Origin: Gemmatimonadota bacterium
GTDB taxonomy: Bacteria; Gemmatimonadota; Gemmatimonadetes; Gemmatimonadales; GWC2-71-9
Assembly: GCA_039589615.1 (NCBI GenBank)
Contig: JBDHHA010000002.1
Location: 25,190-89,189, forward strand
Direction: 5' to 3'
DNA: 64,000 bases
Below the pieces are notes generated by a model, which saw only the letters and a list, made by a program, of their open reading frames with translations, was not told the origin of the DNA and made no database searches. How positions within the stretch are numbered: the first letter of the stretch is position 1; each line of letters begins with the position of its first letter. Made by a program: the position numbers and the translations under genes. Below, piece by piece: positions 49,068 to 58,557 of the stretch.

Positions 49068-50029
49068 GCCTTCCGACTCAGCAGCCCGGTGAGCGTCCCC
49101 ACGGCGATGTTGCCACCCGAAACCACCGTCACGACCACGTCTCCCTCGGTCAGGGGGATGCGCCCGGCTAGGAGGGCGGCGGTGGCCGCGGCCCCCGCGG
49201 GCTCGGCCAGGAGCTTCGTATGGGACAGGAGGAGGCCCATGGCCTCCACGATCTCGTCATCGCTGACGAGCACCACGTCCTCCACGCATTCCTTGACGAA
49301 CTCGTAGGTCAGCTCGCCCGCCATGGGTGGGGCCAGGCCGTCTGCGATGGTGTGCACCGAATCGGCGTGGACGGCGTGACCTGCATCGAGGCTCTGCCGC
49401 ATGGTGCTTGCGCCCTCCGGCTCGACACCGAAGATCCGCACGCGGGGGTTGCGGGCCTTTGCGGCGCCGGCGACCCCGGCGATGTGTCCGCCGCCGCCGA
49501 TGGGCGCCACGATGGTGGTGACGTCGGGACATTGCTCCAGGATCTCGAGTCCGGCGCTGCCCGCCCCAGCGATGATTTGGGGGTCGTCGAACGGGTGGAC
49601 GAACGCGAGACCCCGCTCCCGCTCCAAGGTCCGGGCCTTGTCGAAGAGGTCGTGCACGGTTCCGTGCAGGATGACCTCGGCGCCGTAGGCGGCCGTGGCC
49701 TCCGCCTTGATCTTCGAGGCGCTCTCCGGCATGACGACCGTGCTGGGAATCCCAATCTCGGCCGCGGCCCACGCCAGGGCCTGGGCGTGGTTGCCTGCCG
49801 ACACCGTGATCACGCCCCGGGAGCGGGAGGTGGCGTCGAGTTGCATGAGCTTGTTGAGGGCGCCGCGCGCTTTGAACGAGCCGGTCTTCTGCAGGTTCTC
49901 ACATTTGAGATAGAGATCGGCGCCGATCCGCCGGCCCAAGAGGGTGGAGCGCTCGAGAGGGGTGTGGTGAACCCGGTCGGCGATGCGCGCCCGGGCGGCC
50001 GTGAAATCTTCGAGGGTCAATGGCAGCAT
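49064..50029 (-). CDS. PLP-dependent threonine/serine dehydratase (no ACT domain)
   Basis: ENLQKTGSFKARG, SAGNHA, PIGGGG, TIADG, SGGN. Confidence 0.92.
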   Translation of the reverse strand: MLPLTLEDFTAARARIADRVHHTPLERSTLLGRRIGADLYLKCENLQKTGSFKARGALNKLMQLDATSRSRGVITVSAGNHAQALAWAAAEIGIPSTVVMPESASKIKAEATAAYGAEVILHGTVHDLFDKARTLERERGLAFVHPFDDPQIIAGAGSAGLEILEQCPDVTTIVAPIGGGGHIAGVAGAAKARNPRVRIFGVEPEGASTMRQSLDAGHAVHADSVHTIADGLAPPMAGELTYEFVKECVEDVVLVSDDEIVEAMGLLLSHTKLLAEPAGAAATAALLAGRIPLTEGDVVVTVVSGGNIAVGTLTGLLSRKA

Positions 50030-50176
50030 GGTGGAAAATAGTGTGGGGACCTACCGCCGGCGACGGGAGCCGGTAATTTTTGGCTCGTCGCCCGGAGTGA
50101 ATGGCCACGGCAAACACGTGGCCATCCCGGGAGGGAAGGGTGCTGGTCGACGTCATCCGAGAGGCAACGCAAGAGC

Positions 50177-50635
50177 ATGGCAAACTACTGGCTGCTGAAA
50201 TCCGAACCCAATGTGTACTCCATCGATGACCTCGAACGGGATGGGCACACGTGCTGGGAGGGCGTCCGCAACTACGCGGCGCGAAACAACATGCGGGCCA
50301 TGGCGGTCGGCGACCTGGCGCTGTTCTATCACAGCAACGCAAACCCGCCCGGTGTTGCGGGCGTCTGCCGGATCAAGAAGGAGGCGTATCCCGACAACTA
50401 CGCGTGGAACAAGAAGAGCAAATATCACGATGCGCGATCGCCGAGGGACAAGCCTCGCTGGTTCATGGTGGACGTGGAGTATGTCGAAACCTTCGACCAT
50501 CTCGTGTCGCTGGAGACGATCAAGACAACGAAAGCCCTCGAGGACATGGTGCTGGTGAAACAGGGCCGCCTCTCGGTCCAGCCGGCCAAGAAGGGCGAGT
50601 TCGATCGGATTGTGCGTATGGGGAGGGACGGGTAG
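50177..50635 (+). CDS. EVE domain protein
   Basis: YWLLKSEP, WEGVRNY.ARN, FYHSN, RLSVQP. Confidence 0.93.
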   Translation: MANYWLLKSEPNVYSIDDLERDGHTCWEGVRNYAARNNMRAMAVGDLALFYHSNANPPGVAGVCRIKKEAYPDNYAWNKKSKYHDARSPRDKPRWFMVDVEYVETFDHLVSLETIKTTKALEDMVLVKQGRLSVQPAKKGEFDRIVRMGRDG

Positions 50636-50648
50636 TCCTCGAAGGGGA

Positions 50649-52430
50649 TTACCGCTCTCGGGGATGCTCCCGCAAGAAGACCGTCGCGGCGTCCTGCTCC
50701 ACCGGCGGGCAGAAGTGATTGCCTTGAGCGAGGTCGCACTCGAGCGTCCTCAACAAGTCGAGCTGTTCTTCCGTCTCAACGCCCTCGGCGATGGTGTGCA
50801 TGTTCAGGTTTTTGGCGAGGGCCACGATCGTACGGACTATTTCGGAGGCCCCGGCTCGTGTTCCCATACTTCCCACAAAAGAGCGGTCGATCTTCAGCGT
50901 GTCGATCGGGAAACGGTGCAGATAACTCAGCGACGCGTACCCCGTTCCAAAATCGTCCATGTGGAGCTGTACATTCAAAGCCTTGAGCTGTGAAAGCATG
51001 CGCAGAGCGGGCTCCGCGTCGTTCATGATCGCCGTCTCCGTCATCTCGAGCATCAAGTTTTCCGGCTCGAGCCCGGTCTCGTCCAGAATATTCCCGATGC
51101 GCTTCACGGCGTCCGGTTGCGTGAACTGCCGGCCGGAGAGGTTGACACTGAGTGTCAGCGGAGCTTCGTCACCAAGCATCGCCTGCCACTTCCGCGTCTG
51201 GGTACACGCCTCCCGGAGCACCCACCAGCCGATCTCCTGAATGAGCCCCGTTTCCTCGGCCACCGCCAGAAACTGGTCTGGAGCGAGCAACCCGCGGTGC
51301 GGGTGTTCCCACCGGACGAGCGCCTCCGTTCCGGTGATCTGTAACGTGTCCAAGGCGAAGATGGGTTGGTAGAACGTGCGAAATTCCTGGCGTTCCAGCC
51401 CGCGTCGCAGATCGGTCTCCAACTGGAGCAGCGCCACGGCCTTCTGGTGCATGGCCGTGTCGAATATTTCGTGGCTCGACTCACCTCGGGCCTTTGCACG
51501 ACGCAATGCGAGGTGGGCATCGCGGAGGAGTTGGTCCGGATGAGTGTATCCGTTGGTGCTCACGGCGATGCCGATGCTTGCCGAGACAAAGACCTCTTGC
51601 CCGTCGATGATGAACGGCGCCCCCAGCAGATCCTTCATGCGGTTGGCGACTCGTGTCGCGCCGGTCTCGTTGTTGATGTCCTCCGCCAGGATGCCAAACT
51701 CATCGCTACTCAACCGGGCGAAAGCGTCGGTCGGCCGCAGACAGGCGTGGAGTCGATGCGCGACAGAGATCAGTAGCTGATCGCCGAACGAGTGCCCGAG
51801 GCTGTCGTTGATGACCTGGAATCGATCGATGTTCAAGATCATGACGGCGAACATGTAATTCTTTTGGCGCCGCGCCCGGCCCAACGACCGCTCCAGGTGG
51901 TGGACGAGGAGTGGCCGGTTCGCCAGCCCGGTGAGCGGGTCATGGAGGGAGTCGTCGATGAGTTGTTGCTCGGCCCGTTTCCGCTCGGTGAGGTTGCCGC
52001 AGGTCGTGACCACGGCGACCGGTCCGTCGGGCCCTTGAACGCAGTCCGAGATGAGCAGGACCGGAAACGTGGTGCCGTCCTTGCGGGCATCGACGGCCTC
52101 TCGCTCCCACACCCGCACTTTCAGCACCTGCTCGACCGACTGCCTGTTGCGATCCTCGGGTGCCTCCAGGATGCCGATGTTCTCGCCGACCAGCTCATCC
52201 ACCGTGTACCCGTGCATCTCCGCGTCGGCGGGGTTGGTGTAGAGGATCTTGCCCTCGAGATCGGTGATCGTCACGCCAATGTGCATGCTCTCCACCGCCC
52301 GCTCGAGACGCTTCAGGGCGGTTTCCGCCTGCTGGCGGCCTTGTTCGGCGTTGTCGAGCTGCTCGAGCAACTCGCGCATGGCGGTCAGCTCGGCGGCTTT
52401 GTGCTCTTGTGCCTCGGATGGGAGAGTCAT
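50649..52430 (-). CDS. PAS-GGDEF(degenerate)-EAL protein
   Basis: PAS, HDPLTGLANR, SSDEF, EAL, DDFGTGYAS. Confidence 0.92.
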   Translation of the reverse strand: MTLPSEAQEHKAAELTAMRELLEQLDNAEQGRQQAETALKRLERAVESMHIGVTITDLEGKILYTNPADAEMHGYTVDELVGENIGILEAPEDRNRQSVEQVLKVRVWEREAVDARKDGTTFPVLLISDCVQGPDGPVAVVTTCGNLTERKRAEQQLIDDSLHDPLTGLANRPLLVHHLERSLGRARRQKNYMFAVMILNIDRFQVINDSLGHSFGDQLLISVAHRLHACLRPTDAFARLSSDEFGILAEDINNETGATRVANRMKDLLGAPFIIDGQEVFVSASIGIAVSTNGYTHPDQLLRDAHLALRRAKARGESSHEIFDTAMHQKAVALLQLETDLRRGLERQEFRTFYQPIFALDTLQITGTEALVRWEHPHRGLLAPDQFLAVAEETGLIQEIGWWVLREACTQTRKWQAMLGDEAPLTLSVNLSGRQFTQPDAVKRIGNILDETGLEPENLMLEMTETAIMNDAEPALRMLSQLKALNVQLHMDDFGTGYASLSYLHRFPIDTLKIDRSFVGSMGTRAGASEIVRTIVALAKNLNMHTIAEGVETEEQLDLLRTLECDLAQGNHFCPPVEQDAATVFLREHPRER

Positions 52431-52565
52431 CGGCGTCCCGGAGTCATGTATCTCGTCAGAGGTGGTTGACGGTAGGCCGCAAGCCCCCCTCCTGCAACGA
52501 TGTGGATCACACTCCGGCGCCTTGACGTCCGGGGTTTACCGAATATAACCCGAAATACTGAACGA

Positions 52566-53516
52566 TTATGGCGCCCTCGGAACCATTTCGGCCTCCGCCG
52601 CGATGAATCCAAACGCCGCCCACTGGCTGCCCGCCAAGACGGATTGCCAGGTCTCCTCGGCTTCCCCATCCCGCCCCCCGAACGCGTGCCACATGCCGAT
52701 GCCGTAGCCGACCGTGGCGTTGGCCAGCGGCGCGTCGTCCGCGGCGCCGGTGTCGAGCAGGGTCTCCTGTGAAAGCTCCCCTTTGTTGAGCAGCAGGAGC
52801 TGGTGGTACGACTGGTTCTCGATGATGTCCATGTCCGAAGCAAGGGACGCGAGGATGGCTCCCGCTTCCTCATCGTGCCCGAGCCGCCGCAACGTCATGT
52901 AGAGCCAGTACGACGTGGCAACCTGTGCATCGGGGTTGTTGGAAACCTGGAGGCACTCGCGATACGCCTGCAGGGCGTCTTCGAATTGTCCTTGGACGTA
53001 ATGCGCCAGGCCGAGGTGATACCAGATATTGAAGTGGAGGGTGCTGGTGGGAGTGTTCCGGGCGTTGGGGATGCCGTCCGGTTCCACCTCATCGTCCGTA
53101 CCGCGAATGAGCTCGGCGGCACGCCGCAGGTCCGTCACTGCCAGATCGAAACGGCGCACGCTGATGTAGCGGTGCCCCCGATGCCGATACAGACGTGCGT
53201 CGTTCGGGTGCTCGTCGATGCCCAAGCTGTAAATACCGATCGCCTCACGGTACTGCCCGAGGTAGGCGGTGCGGCGTCCGAACCAGATCAACGCGTCCGT
53301 GTTTCCGGGATCGGCTTCGTACTCTTCCCGTGCCGCGGCAAGCCGTTGCTCGTTGCCGAGCCGGACTTCATCGGTTTGGGGTGGCGGGTAGAGGGTGTCG
53401 CCGAACAAGGATACCGCCTGTGCACCGGGTGGGAGTGGCTGGAGGGTGGTCTCTCCTTGGTCACCCGCGCAGGCCGCGACGCCGAAAGCGAGGGGAATGA
53501 TGAGTGCGTGTCGCAT
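52566..53516 (-). CDS. TPR-repeat lipoprotein
   Basis: VAAC lipobox; YRHRGHRYI, WYHLGLAHY TPR-like helices. Confidence 0.82.
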   Translation of the reverse strand: MRHALIIPLAFGVAACAGDQGETTLQPLPPGAQAVSLFGDTLYPPPQTDEVRLGNEQRLAAAREEYEADPGNTDALIWFGRRTAYLGQYREAIGIYSLGIDEHPNDARLYRHRGHRYISVRRFDLAVTDLRRAAELIRGTDDEVEPDGIPNARNTPTSTLHFNIWYHLGLAHYVQGQFEDALQAYRECLQVSNNPDAQVATSYWLYMTLRRLGHDEEAGAILASLASDMDIIENQSYHQLLLLNKGELSQETLLDTGAADDAPLANATVGYGIGMWHAFGGRDGEAEETWQSVLAGSQWAAFGFIAAEAEMVPRAP

Positions 53517-53629
53517 GGGTCGAGAAGGCTCCGTCGGTGAGGGGATGGGGTCGGACGCTCGACAACCGACCTCAAAAGGCGTGGTCCGGAGTCTATCGTT
53601 TCGTCCCTGGACAATCCAGATTCCGTATC

Positions 53630-54625
53630 GTGTTTGTCCCGACTCCATTTCGACCCGCCCGGTGGCTTCCGGGCCGTCATCTCCAGACCCTCGGTGCCCG
53701 TTTGTTGCGGCGTCGAGGCGGGGTGCCCCTGTGGCGTGAACGGATCGAGCTGCCAGACGGGGATTTCGTCGATTTGGACTTTGCCGTCGACCCGGCCGGG
53801 CTGGCGCAGGACGGCGCACAGCCGCTCGTGCTCATCGTCCACGGGCTCGAGGGGAGTGCCCGCTCCAAGTACGCCTTCGAGACGTATCGCGCGCTCGAGC
53901 GCCGGGGCATCGCTTCTGTGGGCCTCAACTTTCGGTCCTGCAGCGGCGAGCTCAACCGGCTGCCCAGACTCTATCACTCGGGCGACACCGGAGACATCGC
54001 ATTCGTGGTGCGCCTCCTCGCCGAGCGATATCCTCGGAGCCGAAGGGGTGTCGTTGGGTTTTCCCTTGGGGGGAATGCCCTGCTCAAGCACTTGGGAGAA
54101 GCCGGAGCGGCGATTCGCCCGCATCTCGACGCGGCTGCGGCGGTTTCCGTTCCTTACGACTTGTCGGCAGGATCGGATCACCTCGACTGCCCAACCGGGC
54201 GGATGTACACGTGGTATCTCCTCCGCAAGCTCCAACGCAAGGTCCGGGCCAAGCGCGGCATCCTGCCGCCGGAGGTGAACACCGAGCGTGCCCTGACGGC
54301 GCGAACCTTTCGCGAGTTCGACGACGCAGCCACCGCCCCACTACACCGGTTCGCCGGCGCGGAGGATTACTACCGCCGCTCCAGTTCCCACGGGTTCGTT
54401 GAGAAGATCGCGATCCCTACACTGTTGCTGCAGGCGGCCAATGACCCGTTCCAGCCCGTCGATCGCATCCCCGTGGCGGCCGCCCGGGACAACCCAAACG
54501 TCGTGTTCGCGCTGACCCCGTCCGGCGGGCATGTTGGTTTCGTCGCGCGGAGTACTCCGTGGAATCCGGTGTTTTGGTGCGAGGGTGAGGTGGCGAGATT
54601 CATGGGCGCGATGCTTTGCAGGTGA
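53630..54625 (+). CDS. YheT-family alpha/beta hydrolase
   Basis: HLQT, LPDGDFVDLD, HGLEG, GFSLGG, NDPF, GGHVGF; start approximate. Confidence 0.9.
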   Translation: MFVPTPFRPARWLPGRHLQTLGARLLRRRGGVPLWRERIELPDGDFVDLDFAVDPAGLAQDGAQPLVLIVHGLEGSARSKYAFETYRALERRGIASVGLNFRSCSGELNRLPRLYHSGDTGDIAFVVRLLAERYPRSRRGVVGFSLGGNALLKHLGEAGAAIRPHLDAAAAVSVPYDLSAGSDHLDCPTGRMYTWYLLRKLQRKVRAKRGILPPEVNTERALTARTFREFDDAATAPLHRFAGAEDYYRRSSSHGFVEKIAIPTLLLQAANDPFQPVDRIPVAAARDNPNVVFALTPSGGHVGFVARSTPWNPVFWCEGEVARFMGAMLCR

Positions 54626-54626
54626 C

Positions 54627-56435
54627 TCACCGCTGCCGAACCTCGATCCGTTTCACGAGCTCCATTCGTCTTCCGTTCTCGAGCCTGGCCCGAAGCAGCA
54701 GCTCGTAGGTCCCGTTCGGGAGGTCGTCCGGGAGATCCACTGCTACGGCGCGCGGGTACGTGTTGTGAAGCGGTGATGGCGCATCGATCCATTCGAGGCT
54801 GACGGGGGGCTCGTCCGATCCCAAGCCAAACACGCCCCCGAGACGCTTCAGGAAGCTCTTACCGCGCTTCGTCAACGTCAGCGATGTTGCGACATGTTGG
54901 ACTGCAGGTCCCGTTCCGTAGAGCTCCCAGTACAATCCGATGCGCTCTCCAGGATGCATCCGAGTGTTCGATCGCGCCGAAGCAATGGCCGCGTGCAGTG
55001 TTTCCGGCAGCGAATCCCGGATGTTCGTGACAAGTATTCCGGAGAGCGCCGGGGTGATCTCCGTGCCGGATATCGGGTTCGGTGCCTCCGCATCCGGTGC
55101 GCCGTCGCCATCCGGTCGTGCCGAAGCGAACAGACGGGCCGGGTCGATGCCGTATCGCGCGCGAGCGGCCCGCTTCGGTTTCACCGCCAGGACCTCGTAG
55201 CTCATCAGATGAGGCTGGCTGGGGATCATGGCCGTCAACGTCCCCCGCTTGGTGGGGAACACGCGGCGAGCCATATGGGGCGCTGCGGTCTCGTCTCGAG
55301 TGAAGACGAGCGCCGCGCGCACATCGCCGTCCTCCGGGATGCTGTCGTGGGTGAGTTCGAACGTCGTCACGACGAGGAGGGAATCGCCGCGCCGGAAGGC
55401 GGCCAGTTGGTGCGTGAGGAAATCGAAGGCGGCCGAAGCATACGGCGGGACGTGCCCCGCCCGCGGGAGGTGCGGTTCCAGATCCCAATCGGTGCTGTCC
55501 GCGTCGGTTGGGTGATCGACGGCTGCCGCAGTGGGAAGAAAGTACTTCGCGCCGTGAGCGAGATGGCCGCGGATGGGTGGGCGCAGCTCCGACCGCGAGT
55601 TCGTTCGCACCCGTTCCCAACCGTAGGACCACCCGTAGCGGAGGACGATCCGATGCAGATCCGCCGCCCACCGATCGCCTTCCGGTGATTCGGCGTCTTC
55701 GAGGAGGACGCTGTGAACCTGGCGCGAGTAGTGCTCTGCGAGGAGCTCGTTACCGGGAATGCTATGGAACGGGTCTGCGAGCCACAGGATGCGGCGTTGC
55801 AGCGGTGCCCGTTCGGCACACGAGAGATCCCGGTAGCGATTCCGGATCGCTCCATCGAGGATTCGGGAAAGGTCCTCCCACTCGCATCGGTCCACCTCGT
55901 CCATGAGGCGCAGCGCCTCTCCGTACGCCGCCTCCGAATGCGCGAAATCGCGAGCGGCATAGTGGACAAACCCCGCCAGTGCCCGGCACCACCACGGTTC
56001 GGGGCCGCTGCAGGCCGACGCGACGCGAACCGCTTCGTCCACGTCTCCGGCTTCCACGAGATACCGCACCCGCTGGCCGGCAATCCACCCATCGCCGGGA
56101 AGCGAACCGGCGGCCGAGTCCAAGCGGGCGATCAACTCGGCGCGCGCCGCTCCGATTGCGGGATGCTCGTCGGTGTTGACTTGGTCGTCGCGGTCGCCCC
56201 AATCGATGCCGGTGAGGCAATAGCGGCCGATCCGCACGTCGCACCTTCCGTAGCTGGAGTGGCCCCACGGCAGGTAGCGCCGTCTGGTGCGTTCGAACTG
56301 CACCTGTGCCGACCGGGCATCCTCGAGCACCTGCTGGGAGTCCTGGGCGACTCCATCCTGCGCGCGGCGGAGCAGGGGATGCTCTACCGTCGTGGTCGCC
56401 CACAAGCTCACGGCGATCAGTTGCCAACCTGCCAA
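54627..56435 (-). CDS. Secreted hypothetical protein with GWxTD-like region
   Basis: WLADP...GNE..AEHYSR and W..D...IVLRYGW pattern; Ig-like C-terminus; start uncertain. Confidence 0.7.
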   Translation of the reverse strand: MAGWQLIAVSLWATTTVEHPLLRRAQDGVAQDSQQVLEDARSAQVQFERTRRRYLPWGHSSYGRCDVRIGRYCLTGIDWGDRDDQVNTDEHPAIGAARAELIARLDSAAGSLPGDGWIAGQRVRYLVEAGDVDEAVRVASACSGPEPWWCRALAGFVHYAARDFAHSEAAYGEALRLMDEVDRCEWEDLSRILDGAIRNRYRDLSCAERAPLQRRILWLADPFHSIPGNELLAEHYSRQVHSVLLEDAESPEGDRWAADLHRIVLRYGWSYGWERVRTNSRSELRPPIRGHLAHGAKYFLPTAAAVDHPTDADSTDWDLEPHLPRAGHVPPYASAAFDFLTHQLAAFRRGDSLLVVTTFELTHDSIPEDGDVRAALVFTRDETAAPHMARRVFPTKRGTLTAMIPSQPHLMSYEVLAVKPKRAARARYGIDPARLFASARPDGDGAPDAEAPNPISGTEITPALSGILVTNIRDSLPETLHAAIASARSNTRMHPGERIGLYWELYGTGPAVQHVATSLTLTKRGKSFLKRLGGVFGLGSDEPPVSLEWIDAPSPLHNTYPRAVAVDLPDDLPNGTYELLLRARLENGRRMELVKRIEVRQR

Positions 56436-56724
56436 CGCGGGTTCCTCCGAGGACCGTCACCGCAAGTTAGCAGGGTAGCCGCGCACCATAGGGAAACAGC
56501 GGCACAGTAAGCCCCCGTTCGCGCAACAAACCGCCCTAACGTCCCACCACATCGCCCACGACAGATAAGGGTGCGGGTTATTCGGGTGAGGTGAAAACCA
56601 AACCGCCCCTTGCGCGACGAACGCTGAAGGGCGGCTAAACCAGAAAGGCGGTTAGTTGGTGGTAACAACAATCTGTAGTGGTGGGTCCGACGCAAGGCCG
56701 GACCCGATACCGAAGAACCTGAAC

Positions 56725-56901
56725 GGGGCGGTGATGCGCGTGTGGTCTCAGACGTTGGACGTGAACCCCTGGGCGTTCAAGGTGTGGCAGGCGATGCTGT
56801 GGTTGGACCAGGGGCCGAAGGGTTGCCACATCTCGCCAGACAACCTCCCATCCCGCGGGTCCCTCCCGGTGGTCTCCTTGTGGTCCCGTGTACTCCGCTT
56901 C
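56725..56901. ncRNA. Candidate ~180-nt structured RNA, 6S-like layout
   Basis: End-to-end pairing (GGGGCGG..TGCGCG / CGTGTA..CCGCTTC), inner stems AGGTGT/ACAACCT, GGCGA/TCGCC, TGTGG/CCACA; strand unresolved. Confidence 0.3.
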
Positions 56902-57137
56902 ATAATGCTGTCTTAGACACGGCCTCGCGCCTTATGGGGACCACGGGCCGCTTCCCAGCACTCCGCGCTCCCCGAGCGAGCAATGGCGGCCGACTCCACG
57001 AATGCAAACCCGCGAGGCCGTGATCCGAGGATCGCCGGTGGCCGGAGCTGGCCCCGCCGCCTGACTGACGCCCTGCAGGACGCCCGCCCGACGGCGAGAC
57101 CGCAAGACCCGCCACGTCTCATCAAAAGGAGGCTGTT

Positions 57138-57821
57138 ATGCGTTCGCTCGTTTCCTCTATGCGCAAGCTCGGCGGTTGCGTTGCGGCACTCTGTGTTGCT
57201 GCACTCGCCGTTGCCTGCGACCAGCAGCAACCGACCGGTGTGACCGACGACCCGGGTATCCTACTGGCGAAAGGCGGTGTGAAAGGCGAGTGCACGGCGA
57301 TCCAGAGTGGGGAATTGTCCAACACCGCGGGTGAAGTGATCACACCCGGTTATGATGAGTGGGGGTACAACTACCAGGCCCACATCTTCAATGGCAAGTA
57401 CTGCGACGCCTATCGTGACGCCGATTGGTGCCAGCCTTACAAGGACGTCGATCTGCAGATGAAATGGAACGACGCCTGGTTGAGCAACAAGGATTGCGAC
57501 GGCGACGGTCTGTTGGATCGGCACAACGGGCATGAAACTTACATCGGCTCCGGTGCTTGGCTGACTAACCACCAGAGCGGTGAGTACGAGCTAGACGGAG
57601 AGACTTTCAAGTGGAGCTACTTCGTCAAGATCGTGGCCGCGCCGGCAGACGCCAACGCAGTCGGCGGTATTTGGTATGCTGCCGACGGGACTGAGATTGG
57701 CCCAGTGATCTGGGGATCTTTTGCCACAATCCAGCAAGTTGAGAACGATGCAGGCATCGGTGAGCACGGGATTTCTTATCTCAGTCCCGTCGGTCCCGGT
57801 TTTGGGAAGTTCAAGCCGTAG
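57138..57821 (+). CDS. Uncharacterised lipoprotein
   Basis: AGGAGG RBS, AVAC lipobox, Trp/Tyr-rich body, DCDGDGLLD acidic loop. Confidence 0.85.
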   Translation: MRSLVSSMRKLGGCVAALCVAALAVACDQQQPTGVTDDPGILLAKGGVKGECTAIQSGELSNTAGEVITPGYDEWGYNYQAHIFNGKYCDAYRDADWCQPYKDVDLQMKWNDAWLSNKDCDGDGLLDRHNGHETYIGSGAWLTNHQSGEYELDGETFKWSYFVKIVAAPADANAVGGIWYAADGTEIGPVIWGSFATIQQVENDAGIGEHGISYLSPVGPGFGKFKP

Positions 57822-57862
57822 AGACCGGTTGAACTTTCATCGCTTGAAACACATGCGTGAGT

Positions 57863-57896
57863 GAGCCCCCGAGCGTTCCTCCGGCGTTCGGGGCTC
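57863..57896 (+). terminator. Hairpin after lipoprotein gene
   Basis: GAGCCCC..GAGCG / CGTTC-GGGGCTC. Confidence 0.5.
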
Positions 57897-57995
57897 TGGC
57901 GTTTGAACGGTGGGAGTATTGGCAGGTCCCATCCGGCTGACGATGGCCTGACGGGTAGGGGTTACCAAGGGTCCACACCGCACAAGTAGGGACCC

Positions 57996-58395
57996 ATGAC
58001 CATCATACGACTCCACCTCGGTCGCTGTATCGCAATGATTCTGATGCCGACAGTTCTGGTTGTACCACGTGGCAAGTCACTCCAGTTGCTCCACGGGCCG
58101 TGGGGGGGATTCTCACCCAAAGTCCATGCGGGTGGCCCTTCGTGATGGACCTACCATCACCTTGAGAGACGCAATCATCAGGGGCGACAGCGTGGTTGGC
58201 CGCGTGCGCTTGAATGGTCGCTCCCAGCAATTCGGCAACAGGACAGTGGCGATTCCCTTGGGGGACGTAATCACCGCCAGAACCAGACGCTCCGACCCGG
58301 CCGCGACAGTCGGCGTCACCATCGTCGTGCTGGGGTTACTCGGTCTTCTGGTCTATTACGGGATTTCACAGTCGTTGGAGGTGGTGAAAGCATGA
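57996..58395 (+). pseudogene. Lipoprotein-like gene split over three frames
   Basis: Signal region from ATG 57996, then SGCTTWQVTPVAPRAV in a second frame, then DSHPKSMRVALRDG...TM tail in a third frame after a G7 run. Confidence 0.6.
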
Positions 58396-58557
58396 ATGGT
58401 CCCACGATATGCCCCACGACAGGGGTGGGGACGAGGTGAGATAACGAGTTGTGAGGCAGGGAGTTAGGGGTAAGCGGACAAAGGAACCGCAAGTTATCTT
58501 ACCTGGGTCCAACGGTCGACCGGACCGAGGGATCCTAACCTCCCGCACGAGGCACCA

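Noticed and set aside
50177-50635. EVE protein as part of a modification-dependent restriction system
   Set aside because: Standalone EVE with no fused or adjacent nuclease; common in this form
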